Assembly (NCBI RefSeq): GCF_000150275.1
Contig: NW_002060946.1
Coordinates: 5,351,454 to 5,415,453, forward strand
Length of the DNA stretch: 64,000 nt
From: Trichoplax adhaerens
Taxonomy: Eukaryota; Animalia; Placozoa
Direction: 5' to 3'
This document shows positions 52,998-64,000 of this stretch, piece by piece; within the stretch, counting starts at the first letter, position 1, and each line of letters begins with the position of its first letter. The notes beneath the pieces are model-generated. The model saw only the letters and a program-made list of their open reading frames with translations. It searched no databases and was not told the DNA's origin. A program made the position numbers and the translations under genes.

Positions 52998-54982
52998 TTT
53001 GCCAATCAATTTCAAAGTCGTTTATACCGCAAAAAAAATACTTATCTAATACTATTTTATTGTACTACTAGCAAATCATCTCAATTGCATGATTCCATTA
53101 TCATTGCTTTCTATCTTTTATTCGATATCTCATCTAGTGGTAGTCTATCTTGTCCTTTATCTCTTTATGCGTATACGAATTACTTCACAATAAGTGGATG
53201 TAACTTTAATCTAGTAGAACCTGTATCAATTTTAATTAATACTACGTTAATAGCTTCTAGTAGTGTAAATAACAGAACCTGCCACTAATACAATTTAACT
53301 AAGGTCGGACATGTTGTAGTTATGTTTTATATTTAATCAAGAATAGAATGTTGCCATAGCAACTTTCAGCGCGTTGAATATAGAATCATTTACCAATGCG
53401 ACGAAATAATACTATGCCAATCAGCAACTAATTCTTTACAAAAATTATGCTAATAGGCTCCTGTAATAACATTTATAGCTATCGTTATTATCACCATATT
53501 ACATACGATAGGATAATGAGTAATTTATGCGAGGAAGTATGATGTAAATGTCTACTATTGCAATCATGATGTCAATCAAGAGAGTTAAATTACGTCAAAA
53601 ATATATGCATCCATAACATCATTTACATTGGCTTGGGTAGATAGCATTATGAGCTAAATAGAGCGCCATGAAGAAATCCAAAATTATTCCCATTATCACA
53701 TAATGATGTACTTTCGGACAGACTATGCTCTTGGTAATATATGCTAGAGCTGCTTAAATAAGAGATCTATTAGGAGACGAAACAATGTCATTAAAAGTAA
53801 ATTTTCGAACTTAGATTGATCCAAAAAGTCTTTACATAGCTGAAGTTGCTTCTGGTGAATAAATACGTCAACCTCTTAGGTAAATGCAGAAGCAAATAAC
53901 ATGAAAGAAATAAATTCTCAGTTTTTCTGCATTGCGTTCTATTCTGCAATAACCTATTTGTTCTGATCAGAGTATGACAATGAGTCAAAATTTTAAAGGC
54001 CCATAATACCAGCTTCGGCGTATATTACATAACTTGATTGTACTAAATTATAATAAGTTAGAATCACTCATTTAATCAGATGAACAACATGCAAAATGTA
54101 ACCTTCAAGTGCTGCTAATGAACACCTACATATTAATAGTATACAAGGTCATATTGTAATAAATAATTTTTTACACAATCGTGACAACAAACTACTTCTG
54201 GGAATTAAATATCACTCCTGATCGTTTATTAATAAGTACCGTTACAATCGCTTATAGAATTAACTCAAAATACAATCTTTCAGTAATTACAGGAATTCCT
54301 GATTTATATGCAGCCACTGTAACTTTAATCATTTTTTATCTTACCAAAAATTATCAGGATAAAATTATATAATCTATAAATCTTACAGTCAGTATCAAGT
54401 TTAAATAATAATAATTAACTAAGCCTAATCATAAGATTGCCAATTTAATCTTCTCAACTTTACAAGCCAAACTGAAAATAATAGGATGAAATATCATTCA
54501 AAAATTTACGAATTTTATAGGAATTAAAATAGTTCAGAGTAATATCCTTCAGTACATATATCTATGTATCTCAATGTTCATAAATAATTAGAATTCAAGT
54601 TTTTAGTATTTGTACTGATAGTCTTAATATCTAGCTGAGATATAGCTTAAATAGGAACATCGGTATCATTAATATAGTAGTATCAAACTCATGCATCTTG
54701 TTATTCTTTGGTATAGATCAGACTATTGGTCCATGCGATTGGAAAAGTATCTGAATTTTTATCATTACTTAGAATTGCGTATCTATATGTATTACTCTGC
54801 TATGGTAGATCAATGACCTAAAGCTTGCTATAGATGTGTAATAGAATAAAAAATCTCTCCATAATATGGATCCAATTCATCACCAATAATTGCTATTTAG
54901 TATAAAGTTCCAATATATATCCATAATTGCAAACGTTTTGCCCAAAATAATGAAGATAAGAGAGACTTCATATCGTGCAACT

Positions 54983-57900
54983 CTATTTGCGACCTGGTAG
55001 TGATTTAGATCTATCATAACAGAAAAATGAGGCTAGTTCGTCCATTTGTAAGCGACCATCTTTATTTCTATCACATAGACTTAATAAATCCTTTTTCAGC
55101 CTTTCTATTACTCGAACAGTCATATCCTGCAATGGAATTGATAGAGTCAACTAAGATGATAACTATCACGTGGAAAATATATAGGAAATACTGTAAAACT
55201 AGATATCAGATTTAAATTTAGGAGCGAAACTAATTTGCTTTCATTGCTCCCATGCGTTGCTCAATTACCTTTCCATCAACTTGAACTAAATCCTTTAATA
55301 ATCCCTCCAATTCGTAATCTTCAATGTAACCATTATTATCCTTTTCAAAGATGAAGTTATGACCATTAGCAAAGAAAATGAATTATAATTTACAAAATTA
55401 CCAAATCGACTACAGTTAATGTGGCATTTTAATTCTGACCTTGTCATAATGATTGAAAACACTTTGAAATTCTTTCCTGCTTAGTTTAGTCTTGGTCTAA
55501 TTATAACATATTATACCATATTGTAGGTATTTAGATTAGATGTCCATTTAATCAAAATAGAATCATTTATCTAACAGCTACATATTAACATAAAATTTTT
55601 TTAAATTATAACATATATTTAAATATTAATTGCTTAATATGTTTGATTTAGTCGAGCTCTAATTATAACAAATGCTGTATTGTGGATATTTGGATCAGAC
55701 GTACATTTTAATCAAAATAAAATCATTTATCTACTAGCTATATATACCCCAAATTGCAGAAAAAAGTTATCCTCAACAGGCAGCATCCTGAAAAGGAGAA
55801 AATATTAGAAATCAGCACTTTTAATCGACATCACGATTGGGTAAAGTAAATGACAACATCTTCAGTTAATGTCGACAAATTATTTTGTACATCTGTGTTT
55901 CCTTCAAATCTAATTTGCCATCATTATTAAGATCGAACACTTCTAGCTGTGAAGAAAAGGACAAGAAAATTTCCCATTAAGCCTTCTTGTTTAACACTAC
56001 ATCAGTTTCGATTCAAATTTGGTAATGATCAATGTAATTAGTCAATATATTACACTTCTATATCGAAATAGATTAGTGAATTATACAGCATCTAATTTAC
56101 TCAACTACTACAGCAATAGTATCTACATCAGGTACTTACGGCTCCTCGGGTATAGTTTTCAACATCAGTTAAGCTTACAGAATCTTTACCACGGCGTAAG
56201 ACGTCTCGAACTAATCCCTAAATGAAATACAAGTATACCAATAGATACTTCATTAGCGCAAGATTAAGGTTGGCTAAATAGCAAAATTGACTCACTTTCA
56301 TTTCATCTTCTTCAAGATATCCACTGTTATCCGCATCATAGTGGTGCCAAACCTGTAATCGATATTCAACTGATTTAATGAACGGTTAAAAAAGTCTAAC
56401 TTTAATCCTCGCAAGTGAGGATCCAGTACTGTAAGATTCATATAAATTTGGTAGCTAATGACGTAAGTCCGTAAGGCATTCTGTGCCTTTACTTTAAGCT
56501 ACAACCATATATAATATGAAAATTAATATTATATCCGTATAAGAAATGCCAAGCTCTCCTATAGTCGCTATTTAACTAGCTAATATTTCCAAGAGTAAGC
56601 AATGTTAAACTAATGCACTGTATCAATCATAAGCGGCAGTGAACAGCCGCAATGATAAATTTGCTAATAATTAGAGTATCAAGGAAATCAAATGCAGTCT
56701 CGAACAGCTGTCGCTACTAGAAAGAGGCGATTTTTAACTTAAAAGGATGAAAATAGATCAGGTAGGTAGATGTTAATATTGCTGTTCAATAATCTAGCTT
56801 ATTCAGAATAAATATTCTGTTACTATGGTCAATTTCCGTTTTGATGACTGTTTCAACTTAATTTAAACTGAATATTAAACGCTTTATGTTAAAGCGCTAA
56901 TAGGGTTTTAATATCAACTTTACCTTCATGAAATCACTCGCAGATAATTCGCTTGATCTTCGAAATTGACGTAAGAAATTTTCCTCAACAGGTAAGACTA
57001 AGGCAAGCTGATAAAAAAATTGCCATAGAAGTAAATTAATTTAGACCATCCGAGAATGGACTATTGCCAGCTCTAATTTTACTGGCTTATCTTATCATAC
57101 CTCTTCCATTTCAATTCTTCCGTCATTATTTGAATCACAAAATTCTAATAGATCATTCTTATAGCGTTTGAATTCCTTATCATTATCGTTGACTTCCTAT
57201 TGATTTAGCAAAATTTTACAGAATTGATATTTAAAGTCATAACTTATTTATTAAATTATCCTTTTGACTCATATTATTACTATAGCATTATTCGATGTAT
57301 TTCTTAGAAGTTAGTCTTCTTAATGTGATGTAATAATCACATTATGGCAAGAGTGTCTTACTTTGTTGATTCCCTCTTTAATAAGATCTTTTAAAAACTG
57401 TTGCAATTCTTGGCTTTCGATATATCCATTATCTAAAATTGTTAAGAATTAAAAAACTGAATAAATTGGCTAGAAATCGTCAAATTTCATACCCATATGT
57501 TATTAGACAGTAAAGCTGCAGAAATTTTAAAAATATGGGTACGCTAATATAGATTTTAATGTTGGAAAACTATCTTAGGGAACTATTTTGTAATAATTAA
57601 CATTATTTCTGTGGTTAAGTAAGATTTTAGAACTCAAAGTAAATGAATAATAATTCCTTTATCAATTTAGATAAAAATAAAATCCCTCCAACAGCATAAA
57701 AACATATTAGAATATTCATCCAAAATTTATGAAAACGTTGAAAGATTTAACATAATGCTCATTTATGATACTATCTTCTGTCTTAAAATCATTATGAATA
57801 TTTTAATTATATGTTAGTCAATTTTTACTGACTTGATTAGTATTTTCTGTTTGTATATCTTATACTGGCAGTAAATATTAGTTACGTGTGATATTGTAGT

Positions 57901-60900
57901 GAGTAACGCTATCAAATCCATAAATATGTAATTGATATGTACAGTAGATATGCTGACATGGTATAACTAATTGGACGTATATCCATATATACCCACACAT
58001 TTATACATAATTAAGAAATATTGCTACTGTCATATTAAGATGCAGTATTGTAGCTTAACATGGTATTGAGGAGACCAATATGTATTTATAAAGAGCATAT
58101 ATAAGGTGTATATTCGTTATACAGAAAGGAGTTAGATTCAAGAAGTTAGATAGGACTTTGATGCTTAACTATTTCAATAAAGTTGTGCTTATACGTAACA
58201 GATGAAAGCGTAATTTAAGATATATATCTCATTAATTACTGCATAGGAATAGCAGTTAGCAGGCGATATATAGATTATTATTAAATATAGCCAAAATTAC
58301 TATAAATTTAACTGCAATAGATACGGCAAAGAACAAAATAATCTACTGAGAATAGAGCAGACGATATAGAAATCATTTTTATATCTGACTAAAGTCATCG
58401 GAGAAAGCTGGTCTCTTGAAGAATTATTCAGATAGATCTATTTATTATGGAGTCTACTTTAGGCAATAGTGTAGATCTATCAGCAGTAATATCGTTTTAT
58501 CAATAGTTGATTTTTATAATCCTATATCATGATATAATAACATAGAATACGGAGACAGATCAAATAGTAAAGTGTCTACGAAAATAAATCTATAAAAGAT
58601 GAAAGCAATGTTGACGTTATTACTTTATAGTTGGGGTCAATTGAGGGGGAAAAGTACCCATATTTAGCCGTAAGATGCTTGATTTAATTAAAATAATTCT
58701 GTTCTTAATTGCATTACGTAACTAAGGGTTAGGCATCAAATAAATCAGTTCTTTATGTTCATAAAAATACCATGTAGAAATTACTGATCACCGTTTTACT
58801 TCATTGATAAATGATCTTATCCATACTGATATACCATAAAGAGAAAGATGAAATCTTCATCATAGCAACGGAATAAGTTTAGATAGCAATTCATGATTCT
58901 ACTATAGAAATTAGATCTTTCTAAGGCAAAATTTAAGACTGTTCATCTGTTTTAAGATCGATTCATGATATCGTCATGTTGCTATTGCTATTATTTAATA
59001 CATTAAAACTGTCATTATGTTATTCTAGAAAGAGTAATAGCCCCTAGAATGGCTTATAGTATACTCTTTAAGTGCTGTATCCAGTATCTTGAATTTGAAA
59101 TTGCCTGAATTTTAAACCACTCTAAATCATATTTTTAAAATTGAATATGGTCATACGCTTCTAATGACATAGCATTATTGCCATTTACCGGATATTATAA
59201 TCCTAACTCTTGAATCAGTCACGAATGATTGGGTTGTGGCTTACTAAACCATTTCTACAGCAGAAGAAATTCAATAGCGTGAAAGAATGATTGTGACAGA
59301 TAAATAATCCTAGCATGACATTCTGTCTCTGTTTAATATTGGATCCAATCTATTTTTCAAAGTTTGACAGTATTTTAATTGATGTCAATTAGTCTCATGA
59401 TGTGAATAGTCGTCATGATTCCAGGTGTACTTCAGATGGGATCTATTCTGTCATTTCATGACAACAGAGTTGATCAACTACAGCCCATCATGACTGATCA
59501 TTTTGATCATTTTCTATGTTCAAGGGTAATACTAGTATTGTTCATTAATTTATCAGTCTCGCCAGTTGTAAAATGAACTGGAATCAGTCTTGAGAGTTTA
59601 TAACCTTCTAATTGAGTGATGAACTACCGAACAATAACTTTACAAAAATTATCTTCTCCAACAATCATATTGTTAGATAATGCTTTTCTAAAGTGCCTTT
59701 ATCCATTAACTGCCATTATTATCGTGTATCATAAAAATGATTTCTTGAGCTAATCTAATATCGATGATAATCATCAAGGTAAAGTTGTAATTGATTAAAT
59801 TTTATTTAGGTAGTTGAAGAATGTAATAACGTAGTTAATAGATTACTAGCAAAAGGGGAATTCTGCTGTATTCCATTGAAAATAACTTATTTCAATTCGG
59901 TAATAATGAATCGTCTAATATCCAATTATGATCATAAAGGCAAACCTTTCACTGATCCCGTTGAAGAATTTCAGTGGATAGGTTAAGAATTAAACGTAGA
60001 CTGTAACTGAATAAGGGACTAAAGTTTAGATATTCGGTTAGAAATTAGATATTTTAGGTTGGTAACAGAATGAATGAATGATGCAATTTTTCATGATAAT
60101 CATAAAGGGTAAATGATGACATTTCTAAGTTTCAAAATGGGGACTATACTCTACTATATAAATATTCTCTTGGAAATAAGATAATTCAGTTTAACTAAGA
60201 ATAAATGATCCAATTATATTACAATCACAAGGGACACAGTTCTCTGTGATATGCGAATAATTTGTAAATTTAAAAATGGGGACGACACTGTATACTATAC
60301 TATAGCGTATTCCATTAAAAATTACATATTTCAATTTACCAATCGAAAGGATGATTGCATTTTTATTCATTTTATTACTGCATTTAATAAGATAAACAGC
60401 AGTAAATTTCAATTGAAGATTTCAGCTTGGAATCAATGAATAATATATAAGAAGGGATTTAATGCAAACTTATAGAGAAAAAAATAATGTGTTTGAACCA
60501 ATCCCACTTTAATTTTAATGTATGATGGATCAAATGTAGTCAATCGACTTGTAAGTAGGCTAGAAACAAGAAATTCAAGTTTAGCGATTATAATGAGGTC
60601 GCAGACTTTCATTATTTACTCTAGAAATTTCAATGTATAGCATTGTCGCTAGTGATCACAGCCCATCTGTTATGATCAAATAAGGAGTGAAAATTTTTAA
60701 TCATAACAACACAACTTAGTATTTCCAGCTATAAAAAAGTGATTAAGATCATGGCCATTGTCAAATATCTAATAACTCGAAATTGATTGTCAGTTTTAGA
60801 TTTAACAGCATAGTCTAAACTATAATATTAGTTCTCTATAGACTCAAGGATTGCCGTAGAATTGAAATATTTTGATTAGAATATAGCAGCAATGATCAAG

Positions 60901-62767
60901 TACTAGTTATAACACTGATCATGATCATGCCCATGGCAACTTTCGTTTCATCTATTAGAAATTAAATCTCTCTTCTTAATTATTGAAATAGTTCCCTACA
61001 GACTCAAGGATTGTATATATAAAAGGGGAAACTACGACTAAAATATAGTAGTATCGATCTACTACTGAACCGTGTTCCTTGACTAAATCCATCCTACCTA
61101 GAAGTTTATTCTCCTTACCCGATTTCATAGCATGGCCTAAGCTAGAGTCTTAAATAGAATAGTCTAGCCGTATCAAGTCTATTTTGAAAACATAGCTAGC
61201 TGGTCCAACTTAAGATTAAAATTACGATAGTTGATTGCCATCATTATGATTGTTTGTTGATCAAGAAATCGTTTAAGATATTGAACAGGAAAGGCATTAT
61301 AGCCAGAGGAAATTAGCTTTTCTAAATTCGATCATAAATACGGTAAACTAGCACATAACACCTTTGTTGAATTAATTACTATGAAACAACTTGAACTACC
61401 ATCGCCTTTCCTAAAATAAGTTTTTAACGACTTGATTGTTATGATAAGATCGGGGATCACTGTCAAATATGGAAGAATAAAAGAATGAAGAGTAGTGAAA
61501 ATCGAACCTAAATGTATTATTATTAAGTCTTTGTATTCTAGCTATAGCTTTGGAAAGCGGTGCGGGTACAAATTAGGGTAAATCCAAAGCTCTTTGCTTG
61601 GACAAAATCATGTTGAGAGGTAATACTTTGTATTTGTATTGTAGAACTATACAAGTCCGCTTACAATAAGCTAATTTAACATCGAGTAAGAAATAAAATT
61701 GCAATTTTCTGCCACGGTAAGTCACGTTGCCTATTCTATTTCATCAATGATTACCACACCAAATACAGGACTGGATAGTTTATTTTAGGGTTGATTAGTA
61801 TCCAAACACAGTATAGTTACATGTAGTATGTAATATCAAATTTCATCTTATTTAAAATATCTTCAATTCAGTATCAACAACTATGACGACAAAGAAGGGT
61901 TCTTGCTGCTGTTTTTAAGTATTAAATTGAGCTTTTCAATGACTTTATCATTTATAACCATTCAGAAATATAAATCAACTTTAAAGGTAATACCTAGATT
62001 AAACTACCTTCAACTATATATCAACGCCTACGATAATAGAGAAGGATTCTTTTTGCTATTATTAAGTATTAAAATAAGGCCTTCAATAGCTTTATCATTT
62101 CTAAATTTTCGAAAATAGAAGTGAACTTTAAAGGTAATGCCTAGTTTAAATATCTTCAACTCTGTGTCAACGGCTACAATGACAAAGAAGGACCCTTGTT
62201 GCTATTTTTAAGTATTAAAATGAGGATTTTAAAGGCTTTATCATTTATAAATATTCGGAAATATGGATAATTTTAACGGTAATGCCTGGATTAAAGCGTC
62301 ACTATTTCACTAAGAAAGTATAAAATAACGATTCCATAACGGTTATGATGACAGAAAGGGATATTCTTGTTACTGTTTTTAAGTTTTTAGATGAGGTTTT
62401 CAATGGCTTTATGATTTATAAATACTCAGAAATATGAATCAACTTTAAAGGTTAGGCCTGGATTAAAATATATGTATCAACGACTACGATGATAGAGAAG
62501 GATTGTTTGTACATAGTCAGAAATATAGATCAGTTTTAACGGTAATACCTAAATTAAAGCGTCATTATTCTACGAAGGAAAGGTAAAATAACGATTCTAA
62601 TCCAAAAAAAAATAAAAAATAGGAATGATGGATCATTTTATCTACTTACGATCTTGATCATATTGCCTCCAAATATGCATAAATTCAACTGAAGTTAATT
62701 TGGTCTTGCCACGAAATTGAGTCACGAATGGACAATTCAGTAACTTCTGTCTTCGATTTAAACTCAT
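54983..62767 (-). CDS. Calbindin/calretinin/secretagogin-family hexa-EF-hand Ca2+-binding protein, 11 exons, 290 aa
   Basis: Phase-consistent GT-AG exons 62650-62767, 57362-57432, 57101-57196, 56924-57007, 56296-56352, 56140-56217, 55891-55946, 55748-55787, 55440-55496, 55269-55340 and 54983-55126. Family hallmarks: EFMHIWRQYDQDHNGYIE, LALVLPVEENFL, DFMKVWHHYDADNSGYLEEDE, FDLNNDGKLDLKE, LPVEDNF, YDKDNNGYIEDYELEGLLKDL. Confidence 0.95.
61858..62600. repeat. Diverged tandem array, ~148 bp x ~5, in calbindin intron 1
   Basis: Repeating ATCAAC..CTA.GA.GA.A.AGAAGG..TCTT...TTAAGTATTAAA...CTTTATCATTT...CTTTAAAGGTAAT.CCT.GATTAAA. Confidence 0.9.
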
Positions 62768-64000
62768 GGTATTCTTAATCAATAGTGATTTACTTTGATA
62801 CTTGCAAGAGCAGAATTATCAATCAATCTTATCAATAATTATTCAATTTAAACTTTTCCTCGGTATCTTTAAGGCCTAAACAATCTACTAATCTTGGCTG
62901 TTTCATTCCCTTCTACTCCTAGAAAAGAGACCTAGAAGTAATTAGTCGTCATTGAACTAAATTGTGTCATCAGCGGTGAAGCATGAATCATAATCGGAAT
63001 AAATATCAGGAACAAAATTAAGTTAAACTACCGTATTGCAAGATTTTCAGGTCTATTATGACCGAAATGATATTGCTATCGTTTTTATAGACAAATGATC
63101 CAGATAATTACATAATTTTCATTTACAAATGGATAGAGATGATTGATTACGATGTGAAAAAGTATAACTTACTTTGATGTTTCGGATATCATTATAATGA
63201 AGTCAAACTCAATAAAAGTTATAAAGTGGAACAGTATTGCATTCATTCAATTCTACTTTCTACTGTTCATCCGGTGTTTCATTAAGTAAGACTAAAGCTA
63301 CAACAAATACTCCAGAGCAGAGAATAGAGAGGAAAATACAAGGCAACACAAGATATTTTTATTGTATTTAATTTACCTCCATTAAATTAAATTGCAATTT
63401 AGACTTAATGTGTACATTGACATCGTTACTGTAGATAGAATAATATTAATTGATTGAAAATTGAATACAAGAAGCAAACGATGAGAATCGATTCCATCCG
63501 CTATTTGAGTGTCTTCAAGTGAAAGAATAAAAAAGATACTCTATCAATAACGATGGCAACAATATGATGTCCGTCCTAAAACTAATAGTATTACAAATGA
63601 AAATAAATATCCATTCGATAATAGAAGATAAAAAAAACAGGTGCATGATGTGAAGCGATTAATATTTGATAAGAATAATATTCTATTTTATCCTTTATCT
63701 TGACATTATTTCTTACAGTACCGGTATTGGATTGAAAATGATCTCTTGATTATATTCTCCCTCCATTTATTTTCCTAATTATATCATCATCTATTGATTC
63801 TACTTTAATTAGTATATTATTGCTTGTCAATATTGATTGTTTCTATTTTTATTGATTCTTTATTATAAAGAGAGAAAATTTTATTCTTACACTTTATCAT
63901 GGGATAAAAAGAGTTGACTATAGAGCAGTTATCGCTATCCAATAATTTTCTCTCTAGGTATTTCAAAAATCTCTTTCGAATCTTAGAATAGTATTACTAT

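Overview
AT-rich eukaryotic (animal) genomic DNA with compact GT-AG introns. The composition and gene content resemble an early-branching metazoan such as a placozoan (inference, not verified). The ORF track misses most of the gene content because the genes are spliced. Reading the splice sites by hand gives: (1) a + strand TINF2_N-domain (TIN2/shelterin-like) gene at ~22.4-25.8 kb; (2) a - strand two-exon selenoprotein glutathione peroxidase with an in-frame TGA (Sec) and a clear 3' SECIS; (3) a secreted M14B carboxypeptidase (CPE/CPD-like) with an intronless CDS; (4) a long disordered protein ending in four EF-hands; (5) an 11-exon calbindin/calretinin/secretagogin-family hexa-EF-hand gene; (6) a degenerate partial duplicate of calbindin exons 8-11 next to a copied exon of gene 4; and (7) a candidate 82-aa orphan gene with a TATA box and a palindromic STAT-like site. 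Non-coding features include several tandem arrays and duplications, a tandem array containing a 125-bp inverted block, and a ~220-bp imperfect palindrome. I found no rRNA, tRNA or CRISPR features.
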